Under the pieces are notes generated by a model, which was not told where the DNA came from, ran no database searches, and saw only the letters and a program-made list of their open reading frames with translations. This document shows, piece by piece, positions 19,762-28,596 of a stretch of DNA of 64,000 bases. A program made the position numbers and the translations under genes. The stretch spans positions 928,001-992,000 of the forward strand of contig CAWEXO010000011.1 of the NCBI GenBank assembly GCA_963813025.1. Reading direction: 5' to 3'. Position 1 is the stretch's first letter, and each line of letters opens with the position of its first letter. This DNA is from an uncultured Verrucomicrobiae bacterium (GTDB taxonomy: Bacteria; Verrucomicrobiota; Verrucomicrobiia; Chthoniobacterales; JAFAMB01).

Positions 19762-21738
19762 ATGCGCTTTTTTCGCCTCTTGCCCAGGCTCAGTTTGTTC
19801 GCTCTGACCGCCTTCGGAGGGATTACATCCGGTCGCAGCGCTGACTCGCTCTTCGCGTTTGGCGACAGCCTGGTCGATAACGGGAATACCCCTCGAATCC
19901 TCGGGATACCCTATCCGCCATCCCCGCTCTATGTCGGCTTCCGCTATAGTAACGGTCCGACCTTCGCGGAATACTTGCCCGGTTTGCTCGGGTTGAATAG
20001 TAGTGTTGGTACTACGTACGGCACCGGTACGAACTTTGGCGTCGGTGGCGCTCTATCAGGCAGCGGAAATATTACCGTTATACCCGGAATAGGACCTGTG
20101 CCCTTGCCCGGACTAGCCGACCAGATCACCTTATTCCAGGATAAGGGGCTGCGTTTTCGGAGCCGGGATCTCGTCGCGGTATGGGCTGGAGGCAACGATT
20201 ATTTACAGCTTTTGGCGAGCCCGCTCGGTTCCATTACCCCTGAGCTAGCCACCGCCACGGTTGTTCAGGACACCTCAAATCTGGAATCGGCTGCGCGGCG
20301 TTTGATCAATCTCGGGGCCAGACGCCTGCTTTTTGTCAATCTACCGGATCTCGGCAAGCTGCCGCTGGTAAACAGCATTGCCAATCCAGTTCAGCGGGAG
20401 CTCTTCTCGGCGGCGGCCACCCAGCTTTCCGAAAGCCACGACCAGATCCTTGCTCTGAATCTGGCCCGGGTGCATGCCGGTACTGGCGCCAACATTTTTC
20501 TCTTTCCGGCCGACCTCGCTTTCCGCCAGATTCTGGCGAATCCGAGCCGGTACGGATTGACGAATGTGACCGATGCGGCGAACGCGAACCCTGCACTGTT
20601 ATTCGCGCCGACATCCGTGCAGAACGAGTACCTTTTCTGGGACAGCGTTCATCCCACGACAGCCGGTCATTTCCTCCTGGCTCGCTATATGGCCAACATG
20701 GTTGGGGCGCCGGCCACCCTGGCCAGCCAAACCCAGCTGATGACCTATGGAGTCCGGGGATTTGGCGATCTGCTTTACAATCAGCTTGGACCATCGCCCT
20801 TGCCGCCGGCGCCGCCGCCCGCATCCGTGCCGGTAAGCGAAGGAAAAGGCGCTCTATCGAGCGGAAAAGAACCGGTTGCTCCTCCGTCCGTTATTTCGGC
20901 TGGACCGGAAAAGCGTTGGTCAATCTTTGTATTGGGCGATTATCGGCAAGGCTCGCGTGAAGACCGTTTTAATTCGACGGGCTTTGATTACTCCTTGGGC
21001 AACGTCGCCCTTGGGGCAAGCTATACGTTCAACCCCCTCATCAGTGGGGGACTCCTTTTTGGCTACGGCTATAATTGGGCCGATCTGAACGACGGCCAGG
21101 GGCGTGTCCGGGTCGACGCTTACCAGGTCGGCGGCTTTGTCGATTTTCATGGGCCTCACTGGTTTGCCGGCGGAATAGCGTCCTATGGTTACGATGAGTT
21201 TGACCAGAGACGTCCGGGAATTCTCGGCGACACAATCACGGGCCAGCCAAATGGCCATACGGTGCTGGTTGGTGCGCAGGGCGCCTATTTCTGGAATTTA
21301 GGTGATTTCTCGGTGGGGCCGATCGGCAGTCTCACTTTCACCACCGTCAACGTGAACAGCTACTCAGAGTCGGGCGATCCGGTCCTTACCCAGGAAGTCA
21401 GGAGCAGGGAGGTCAACGATTTTTTTGGGACGATCGGGCTGCGAGCAAACTACGATTTTCATCTGGGGAGCACGTTAGTGCAACCCTACATCAAAGCGGA
21501 GTACGAGCATGAATTCCTGGGCGATGGCACGACCATTAAGTCGCGATTCACCGCTGAGCCGGCTCTGGAGTTGGACACCGCAGTAGAAGATAGCTCGCAG
21601 GATTACGGCCGCCTCGGGTTCGGGCTGCGCATTCGATTCACGGAACGATTTTGCGGCCAGCTCGGATTTGACGCTCTCGTCGGACGTTCGGACGGTGAGG
21701 AGTATACCGGTAACGCCGGTTTTTCGATCTCTTTTTAG
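19762..21738 (+). CDS. EstA-like autotransporter: GDSL/SGNH esterase passenger + beta-barrel
   Basis: Signal peptide, FGDSLVD, RYSNGP, WAGGND, FWDSVHPT; C-terminal beta-barrel ending in F. Confidence 0.92.
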   Translation: MRFFRLLPRLSLFALTAFGGITSGRSADSLFAFGDSLVDNGNTPRILGIPYPPSPLYVGFRYSNGPTFAEYLPGLLGLNSSVGTTYGTGTNFGVGGALSGSGNITVIPGIGPVPLPGLADQITLFQDKGLRFRSRDLVAVWAGGNDYLQLLASPLGSITPELATATVVQDTSNLESAARRLINLGARRLLFVNLPDLGKLPLVNSIANPVQRELFSAAATQLSESHDQILALNLARVHAGTGANIFLFPADLAFRQILANPSRYGLTNVTDAANANPALLFAPTSVQNEYLFWDSVHPTTAGHFLLARYMANMVGAPATLASQTQLMTYGVRGFGDLLYNQLGPSPLPPAPPPASVPVSEGKGALSSGKEPVAPPSVISAGPEKRWSIFVLGDYRQGSREDRFNSTGFDYSLGNVALGASYTFNPLISGGLLFGYGYNWADLNDGQGRVRVDAYQVGGFVDFHGPHWFAGGIASYGYDEFDQRRPGILGDTITGQPNGHTVLVGAQGAYFWNLGDFSVGPIGSLTFTTVNVNSYSESGDPVLTQEVRSREVNDFFGTIGLRANYDFHLGSTLVQPYIKAEYEHEFLGDGTTIKSRFTAEPALELDTAVEDSSQDYGRLGFGLRIRFTERFCGQLGFDALVGRSDGEEYTGNAGFSISF

Positions 21739-21759
21739 TAGCCTGATGCCGGGCAAAAA

Positions 21760-22347
21760 ATGTGGATCCCCTTGGTGATCGCCGGGATTGGGTTGCTTGT
21801 CCTGATCATCGGCTTCGGCACTCAGCGGCTCTATCTGTGCCGCGTAAGTTTCCTCGCGCTCGCTCTTCTTTTATTCTTTCCTTTCTTCGCTCGATCTGCT
21901 ACCGGCAGCCGGCTTTTGCTCGGCGCGTTCGATCTTGCCGGTTTTTGGGAAGCGGCCGCGATCGGCTTTCTGCTTTTTCTGGCCCTCTGGGCGATTCGCC
22001 TGACTTCCGACTCGGTTCTGAGCCTAGGCGCTGTGCGGATTGGCCACGCCCTGCCTGGTCGCTCCGCGATTGGCGAGATCGTTAGGGATATTGTTAGCGC
22101 CCTGATCGTCGTCGCTCACTTGGTTTGCCTGATCTTGGTGAGTGGGACGCCTTGGCTCAAGACTGCTGGCGGATTCTTCGTGGCGGTAAGCTTTCCCCAA
22201 ATGCCGGCCGGCTATCAAGCGCCGCTGTCCTGGCATCTGCGGGAGTCCGATTAAAAGGAAATCAAGGCTGCCTGGGAAGATCTCGTGCGAAATGACGGGT
22301 TCGCTGAGATCAGGAAATTCTTCATGCGCAATGCCGTAAAGCCGTGA
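21760..22347 (+). pseudogene. Probable remnant of a larger membrane protein (internal deletion plus in-frame stop)
   Basis: Five hydrophobic segments, then an abrupt polar tail APLSWHLRESD*KEIKAAWEDL...VKP* continuing in frame through TAA 22252-22254. Confidence 0.45.
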
Positions 22348-22368
22348 TTTGAAATTGGACTTTTTTCT

Positions 22369-23616
22369 ATGCTGATGCTCGTCCTCAACATCGGGAGTGG
22401 GAGCCAGAAACTCACGCTCTTCGAGTTTGCGGCAAGCGACTCGGCGGAAAAGCCGACTCCGCCGATCTGGCAAGCTAAGCTTGATTCGACCGCACCCGAT
22501 CAGCCACCTGACGAGCTCCTCATCAAGATCAAGAGCCGCGGCCGGGTTTTCGAGCGCAGCATCTCGAGAACCACGCCGATTCGCGAAAAGCTAGCCCGGT
22601 TAATGGAATTGATCTGGACCGGCGAAACGCGAGCTGTCGAGCGACCGAAACAAATCGGAGGAATCGCGCATCGGGTTGTCCATGGTGGACCCGATATCCG
22701 GCGAGCGACCCGGCTCGAGCCATCCGTGATCGAGGTGATCGAGCGTTACGGTGAGTTTTCGCCCTTGCACAACCCGGTTCAGCTTGAAGGGATCAAAGTC
22801 GCGAAAGAGGTTTTTGGGGAGAACAAGGCGCAATTTGCGGTTTTTGATACGGCTTTCCATCGTGACATTCCGAAAGCCGCGGCTACCTATGCTGGCCCCT
22901 ATGATTGGGTCGAGCAGGGGATTGTTCGGTATGGCTTCCATGGTTCGAGCTTTCGTTATGCCAGTCGGAAGGCAGCGGAGATCGTGGGCAGATTGGACGA
23001 TCCAGAGTTTAAAGTAGTCGTCTGCCACCTTGGAGGAGGCTGTTCTCTGGCCGCCGTGCAAGGCGGGCGCTGCGTCGACACTACCATGGGATTTACGCCG
23101 CTCGACGGTGTGGCGATGTGCACTCGATCCGGTTCGGTCGATCCCGGCATTCTGATTTATCTCTTAAAAGGAGGGGCCTCTCCGGAGCAGCTCGAAAGAG
23201 TTTTGAATAAGGAATCCGGTCTTGCCGGGTTGTCTGGTCTGCCGGGTGATACCCGGGTGATTCTTCCAGAGTCAAAGAAAGGAAACGACCGGGCCGCGCT
23301 AGCCATCGACGTGTTCGTCCATCGTCTCCAGTCGGGAATCGGTGCCATGATCGCCAGTCTGGCCGGCCTGCACGCAATTGTGTTCACTGATGTCATTGGG
23401 GAATCAGAACCGGAGATTCGAGCGCGTGCCTGCGAACCCTTCGCCTTTTTTGGGATGAAGCTCCAGTCCCAGCTAAACAAGAGCGGCGCCCGCGATATCG
23501 ATATCGCCGAAGCCGATTCCAAGGTCCGAGTGATGGTTGTCCAATCTCAGGAGGATTGGCAGGTTGCCGCTGAGAGTTACTCGTGTTGGCGCGCGACCGC
23601 AGGTAAAACACCTTGA
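22369..23616 (+). CDS. ackA: Acetate/propionate kinase
   Basis: LVLNIGSGSQK, HRVVHGG, PLHNP, VFDTAFH, RYGFHG, CHLGGGCS, TTMGFTPLDG, TRSGSVDPG. Confidence 0.93.
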   Translation: MLMLVLNIGSGSQKLTLFEFAASDSAEKPTPPIWQAKLDSTAPDQPPDELLIKIKSRGRVFERSISRTTPIREKLARLMELIWTGETRAVERPKQIGGIAHRVVHGGPDIRRATRLEPSVIEVIERYGEFSPLHNPVQLEGIKVAKEVFGENKAQFAVFDTAFHRDIPKAAATYAGPYDWVEQGIVRYGFHGSSFRYASRKAAEIVGRLDDPEFKVVVCHLGGGCSLAAVQGGRCVDTTMGFTPLDGVAMCTRSGSVDPGILIYLLKGGASPEQLERVLNKESGLAGLSGLPGDTRVILPESKKGNDRAALAIDVFVHRLQSGIGAMIASLAGLHAIVFTDVIGESEPEIRARACEPFAFFGMKLQSQLNKSGARDIDIAEADSKVRVMVVQSQEDWQVAAESYSCWRATAGKTP

Positions 23617-24335
23617 GGGATCTCAGTCTGATCTTCTGCCGCTCGCTCCATCTGGCCTCCGCGTTGGAGCCACCGCGCCGTTTGGGTGCAAACGGTGGAC
23701 CAGAGCGAACCCGCCGCCCATCCCGCAAGCACATCGCTGGGGTAGTGGACTCCCAGATAGATGCGGCTGAGACCAACCAGCAAGCTCACCAGGACCGCGC
23801 TGGCCAGAAAGTAAGCCTTTGCGATGGGTCCACGGGTTTGGCGTGACACAATTCCACCCAGAGTCAGATAGACCAATGCGGAAAGCATGGAATGACCGCT
23901 CGGGAAGCTTCCTGGATCGAAATGGGTGAGTTTTGGAACAATCGTCGGTCGTTCACGAACGAAAAAATCTTTCAAGAAACGACTCAAAGCGGTTCCGCTA
24001 CCCAAAGAAAAGAGGAGAAAAGCCGCGGCTCGAAACCGACGCGCCAAGCTGAGCGCCCCGACCACGAGGAAGGTTACCAAGGTGAGCGTGCTTCCACTAC
24101 CCAGAGAGGTCAGGTCTTGTGCCACCTCGGAGAGCCAGTGCGGTCCTCTAGGAACCGCTGGATTTTCGGGCCGACGCAATGCCTTCAGAACCCGTTGATC
24201 GATTTCGTCCGTTCGGCCCCGCTGGATCTTGCCAGCCAATCGGAAGAACGTGAATGCGCTGACCGCCAGAATAAAAAAATTCAAGAACGTCGCTGTCTCG
24301 GTTGTCAGAGCTCGCCGCGGATGAGTGGTTTGCAC
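23577..24335 (-). CDS. PAP2 family membrane phosphatase
   Basis: K...RERP, SFPSGH, SRIYLGVHYPSDVLAG. Confidence 0.92.
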   Translation of the reverse strand: MQTTHPRRALTTETATFLNFFILAVSAFTFFRLAGKIQRGRTDEIDQRVLKALRRPENPAVPRGPHWLSEVAQDLTSLGSGSTLTLVTFLVVGALSLARRFRAAAFLLFSLGSGTALSRFLKDFFVRERPTIVPKLTHFDPGSFPSGHSMLSALVYLTLGGIVSRQTRGPIAKAYFLASAVLVSLLVGLSRIYLGVHYPSDVLAGWAAGSLWSTVCTQTARWLQRGGQMERAAEDQTEIPQGVLPAVARQHE

Positions 24336-24428
24336 ATTTCTGGTCGCGTCTGGTCAAGCAAAAGGACGGTTCATTGGGTTTTCGGACGGCGCGGGGCGCG
24401 ATCCTGGACCGGCAGGAGCCGATCCAGA

Positions 24429-24600
24429 GCCGATCACTACCGGTCCATCGCGATCAGAGTGGGGTAGCCGATCCTTACCGGTCCATCGCGATCAGAGGGG
24501 GTACGGACGAGCTCCGCTTGTCCGTCTGCTGCCCTCCGTATCCGAAAGCGGCGGACAAGACCTGCCGCGTCGTAGCCGAGCGCAGCGAAGGCGAAGGAGG
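24429..24600. repeat. Composite intergenic repeats: 37-38 bp direct duplication plus REP-like hairpins
   Basis: gccgatc..taccggtccatcgcgatcagag.ggggta x2 (24429-24503), gtacggacgagctccgcttgtccg, and aaagcggcggacaagacctgccgcg...gcgaagg. Confidence 0.8.
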
Positions 24601-24620
24601 GTCACACGCACTCCTCTGGC

Positions 24621-25103
24621 CTATTGGAGAGGGCTGCCGCTTACCGTTTCGGCCAATCGAGTGAGAAAAGGGCGTTCTGCCGCGAGGATTTTCTGTTTAG
24701 CTCTGTCCAAACCGAAAAACTGGGCGCGATCGATCTCGGGAAAAAACTGATATTTGCCCGAGCACGGCGGCCATTCTAGCTCGAAGGTGTTGCTTCGTAT
24801 TCTCCCCGGGTCGCACGATCCCGCAAATGCCCACGCGTAGACCAGCTTCCCGGATTTCTGACGAACGCAACCGAGCTCACAGTAGGGTCCTTCTGGAACA
24901 AGGCCGGTTTCCTCGAAAAATTCCCGAACGGCAGCCTGAAAGAGCTCTTCCCCTTCTGCTACTTCCCCGCGAGGAAACGTCCAGGCACCCTCATCCTTCT
25001 TTTTCCAGAAGGGTCCGCCGAGATGCACCAGCAACACCTCGAGCTGTCCATCAGTGACCCGGTACATCAGGAGACCAGCGCTGGAGGCCTTCGGCATAAG
25101 CAT
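24621..25103 (-). CDS. NUDIX hydrolase
   Basis: HLGGPFWKKKDEGAW, GEVAEGEELFQAAVREFFEETG Nudix box, FPEIDRAQFF. Confidence 0.9.
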   Translation of the reverse strand: MLMPKASSAGLLMYRVTDGQLEVLLVHLGGPFWKKKDEGAWTFPRGEVAEGEELFQAAVREFFEETGLVPEGPYCELGCVRQKSGKLVYAWAFAGSCDPGRIRSNTFELEWPPCSGKYQFFPEIDRAQFFGLDRAKQKILAAERPFLTRLAETVSGSPLQ

Positions 25104-25174
25104 AGCCTATTTATTTACTGCTCAGTGCCTACCGATACTCTCTTCCGTTACCACCCCGAAGGCACGAGGACGTT

Positions 25175-26485
25175 ATGCGCCCCCTGCATAGGCCCGTCCG
25201 AACCAGCGACCCTCAATTGACTGTTCCCTCTTCCCCTGCTCAGCTGCCTGCAGTGAATCTCTGGCGGGATCCCAAAGCGCGCCTCGTGTTGCTGGCGAAT
25301 TTTTTTCTGGTGGTCGGGGCGGGAATCACATTCATGGCGATTCCCTGGCTGCTGATTCAAAGACCAAACGGAGCGTCGCTTTTCGGTTATTCGAATGTCG
25401 TTGTCACCCTTTTCATTTTTGTATTGTTGCCGTACTTGGGCAAGCTGGTCGATCGCTCGTCGCGAAAAGCGATCATGCTCGTCTTCTTTCTCTTTAATGT
25501 CGTGATGAATGTGCTGGTCGTCACGAGTTTGTTGATCCAACGACAGGTCGAGCTCTGGCATTTGCTGACCGTCTACACGCTCGGATCCCTCGGCCACAGT
25601 CTGTACTATCCGGCTCAATTTGCTTTTAACCAGGAGGTCCTTTCGCCAAGCCAATACTCCGCGCTCAGCGGCGCGATCGAAGTCCAGTGGCAGGCCGGAG
25701 CGATGATCGCGGGAGCATTGGGTGCCGTGCTCATCAACCGGGTGCCACTCTGGGGTATCCTGGTGATCGACAGCCTCGCCTATCTGAGCGGTTTTGTGTT
25801 GATCAGAATGATTCCTTACCAGCGGCGATTACCGTCCTCCACCGTTCGCGGCTCTGCCTGGAAAATGATGGTGGACGGAATCGATTATCTTCGGCTGCGG
25901 CCGCGTCTGGCGGTTATTATCTTTGCGAGTTTCCTTCCTTTCCTTGGTCTGATGATTTCAAACTATCTGGCCCCGATCTTTGTCCAGCAGACCCTTTGGC
26001 GCGGACCCGAGATCTATGGGGCTGGCGAAGCCTGTTACGCTGCCGGTGCAATTTCGGCGGGTCTCACTGTGCCCGCCATCAACGCGCGACTAGGTCTGGT
26101 GATGACGCTCCTTCTGACAGTCGGTATCTTTGCGGGAGCGAGTGCAATAACGCCTTCCTTTCCCGTCGTCCCGGTTTTTCTATTGGCCTACTTGTGGCAG
26201 GGATGGGGAAACGCTGGTTCTCGCGTCGTTCGCAGTATCCTCATTCTGGAGACGGTGCCAAACAGTCTGGTGGGGCGTTTAGGCCTTTCCTACAGTGCGC
26301 TTGAACGGCTGCTTCGGGCGGGCTTTCTGGCGTTGGCCACTCGGCAAGTGGCCGAACAGGGCCCACGTTCGGCTTATTGGATGATCGTGGCGATCGCTGT
26401 GGCCGGTTGGATTGCGATCCTCGCTTGCCGCCACGTCCGCACATGTCCAGTACCAGCCCAAACCCGTTCCGGCGAAGCATTGTGA
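25175..26485 (+). CDS. MFS transporter (start may be somewhat downstream)
   Basis: About 12 hydrophobic segments, GKLVDRSSRK motif A. Confidence 0.85.
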   Translation: MRPLHRPVRTSDPQLTVPSSPAQLPAVNLWRDPKARLVLLANFFLVVGAGITFMAIPWLLIQRPNGASLFGYSNVVVTLFIFVLLPYLGKLVDRSSRKAIMLVFFLFNVVMNVLVVTSLLIQRQVELWHLLTVYTLGSLGHSLYYPAQFAFNQEVLSPSQYSALSGAIEVQWQAGAMIAGALGAVLINRVPLWGILVIDSLAYLSGFVLIRMIPYQRRLPSSTVRGSAWKMMVDGIDYLRLRPRLAVIIFASFLPFLGLMISNYLAPIFVQQTLWRGPEIYGAGEACYAAGAISAGLTVPAINARLGLVMTLLLTVGIFAGASAITPSFPVVPVFLLAYLWQGWGNAGSRVVRSILILETVPNSLVGRLGLSYSALERLLRAGFLALATRQVAEQGPRSAYWMIVAIAVAGWIAILACRHVRTCPVPAQTRSGEAL

Positions 26486-27153
26486 AGCGAATCTCGCTTT
26501 TTCCCGACTTCGCATTTCGCGATGGACCGATGAACATGGCCCTCGACGAAGCAATAGTCCATTCGGTCAAACGAACCGGAGCGGTCCTTCGACTGTATCG
26601 CTGGGCCGAGCCCTGGACGACCTACGGTTACTTTGTACACTGGAAAAAAGTTGCTGAACTGCATCCTCAAACAAGCGCTGTCCGGCGATGGACGGGCGGC
26701 GGCGTCGTCGAGCATGGGAAAGACCTGACTTACTCCTTGATCTTACCCCCGAGCGAGCCACTTCTACCGAGCACAATGCTCTATGAACAGGTTCATCAAG
26801 CCCTGGCCTTAGCTCTGCAGAGCGTCCATGGCTCGATTGCACTGGCTGACGGCAGAACGCCGGCACGCCGACAGACCCTTTTTACCGACGCCTGTTTTGC
26901 GAACCCAGTCCGGTCCGATCTGCTGATTGCCGGGAAAAAGGTCGCGGGTGCGGCGCTGCGCAGGCATCGTTCTGGAGTACTGTTGCAGGGGTCAATCCAA
27001 GGCCTCGCCGTCCCGCCGCAAATCGGAGCTGGTTTTGCGGGCGGTTTGGCGGATCAAGTCAATTCATTCGATCTTTTGCCGGAAACGTTGGCGCTCGCGG
27101 AGCGGCTAGCGATCGAAAAATACGGTTCGCTGGACTGGAACCGAAAGTTCTGA
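26482..27153 (+). CDS. Lipoate-protein ligase A / octanoyltransferase family protein
   Basis: NMALDEA, LRLYRW, VRRWTGGGVVEH, DLTYS, KKVAGAA, LQGSI; GTGA overlap with the MFS stop. Confidence 0.85.
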   Translation: MKRISLFPDFAFRDGPMNMALDEAIVHSVKRTGAVLRLYRWAEPWTTYGYFVHWKKVAELHPQTSAVRRWTGGGVVEHGKDLTYSLILPPSEPLLPSTMLYEQVHQALALALQSVHGSIALADGRTPARRQTLFTDACFANPVRSDLLIAGKKVAGAALRRHRSGVLLQGSIQGLAVPPQIGAGFAGGLADQVNSFDLLPETLALAERLAIEKYGSLDWNRKF

Positions 27154-27248
27154 CACTCTAGCGAAGCCGTGCTTCGGACCGGCGCGTTTTTACCGGGAAA
27201 AGGCGGCGTGAAGATGTGCCCTTGTTGGGCGGCCTCGCTGGTGAGTCA

Positions 27249-28340
27249 ATGAACCCCGTCTTCTTTTCGAACCGTCTTTTCGCTGGCCTCTCACCTGAGG
27301 TCCTGAGTTCGGTCCCGATCCGGGAGGTCGAGTACCCGGCCGGCACCGAGATTTTTCAGGAAGGTTCAGCCGGTTCCACCGTTCTGTTGGTCGGGAGAGG
27401 CAGAGTGCAAATTTCCAAGATTGGCCGAAAAGGGCAGCCAGAAATTCTGACGATTCTCGAATCGAATGATTTTTTTGGCGAACTGGCGGTCCTCGACTTT
27501 GGTCCTCGGTCGGCAACGGCGACGGCCGTGGAAAAAACCTTTCTGGGTGAACTCGATCGAACAACGCTCGACGAGCTCATGGAAAGGGCGCCCCGGGTTC
27601 TGCCGCTCAACTTTACGAAAGTTGTCATGGAACGATTGCGGTACACGAACGCCCGTTTTGTGGAGGAACTGCTGCAGGCCGAACGCTTGACCTTTTTGGG
27701 CACGATGGTGAGTTCGATTGTCCATGACCTAAAGAACCCGATGGCCGCGATCCTGTCCTCGGTCGATTACCTCGAGCGGCGAACAACCGATGATTTTACT
27801 CGGACACTCTCGGGTATTATCCGTTCAGCCGCTGATCGCATGATGCTTCTGACCGAAGAGTTGCTCGATTTTGCGCGGGGCACCGCACATCTGAAAAAAC
27901 GCGCGACCAACGCGGATAGCCTTCTCAAATCTTTAGAAGCGGAAATCCTTCGTTCGGTGCGCAGCACGCCGATTCAGGTTGTCGTCGAACAAACTTCGGG
28001 CAGTGAACTGTGGATCGACGAAGGTCGCATGACTAGATGTCTGGCCAACCTCGTCAAGAATTCAGTCGACGCTCTCAAAGACCGCGGCCGGATCGCGCTG
28101 TCGTTTGCTGAGCATGGAGAGCAGTTATTGATCTCGGTCGCGGACAACGGTCCTGGAATTCCCGAAGAAATCCGGCCCCGTATTTTCGAACCGTTCGTCA
28201 CGTTCGATAAAAAGGGAGGCACCGGTCTTGGCCTTTCGATTGCCCGCTCCTGCGTAGAGGCACATCGCGGAAAGATTTGGCTGGGGAGTGAGTTGGGGAA
28301 AGGGACCACCTTTTACGTGCTGATACCGCAGCGGGCGTGA
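27249..28340 (+). CDS. Cytoplasmic histidine kinase with N-terminal cNMP-binding domain
   Basis: FFGELAVLDFGPRSATA (cNMP), HDLKNP (H box), NLVKNS, DNGPGI, FEPF, GTGLGL. Confidence 0.92.
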   Translation: MNPVFFSNRLFAGLSPEVLSSVPIREVEYPAGTEIFQEGSAGSTVLLVGRGRVQISKIGRKGQPEILTILESNDFFGELAVLDFGPRSATATAVEKTFLGELDRTTLDELMERAPRVLPLNFTKVVMERLRYTNARFVEELLQAERLTFLGTMVSSIVHDLKNPMAAILSSVDYLERRTTDDFTRTLSGIIRSAADRMMLLTEELLDFARGTAHLKKRATNADSLLKSLEAEILRSVRSTPIQVVVEQTSGSELWIDEGRMTRCLANLVKNSVDALKDRGRIALSFAEHGEQLLISVADNGPGIPEEIRPRIFEPFVTFDKKGGTGLGLSIARSCVEAHRGKIWLGSELGKGTTFYVLIPQRA

Positions 28341-28517
28341 AGCGGATCGGCGTACTGCGTGTCGGCGTACTGCGTAGCGCGGACGGCGTCGTCCGTATCC
28401 GGGAGGTGGGGCGCGCGCCTCACCCGAAGGCGGAATAACACTCCGCGCGGATCCTTAAGCGGCGACAAGTCGCGCGAACTCCGCGAAAAGCGGTAAGCCG
28501 ACACTCCACGACTCACC

Positions 28518-28535
28518 TTGTGAAATATTTCACAA
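28518..28535. promoter_or_regulatory. Rex operator (ROP) upstream of nuoD
   Basis: Perfect 18-bp palindrome TTGTGAAATATTTCACAA matching the Rex consensus TTGTGAA-N4-TTCACAA, ending about 60 bp before the nuoD ATG. Confidence 0.85.
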
Positions 28536-28596
28536 TATTACCTTGCGAGCGGAATTGAGAGGAACCTATCTTGCCAAGGACTCTCTGCTTTCTGCC

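Noticed and set aside
24429..24503. 37-38 bp direct repeat of CRISPR-like length
   Set aside because: Only two adjacent copies, no unique spacers and no cas genes
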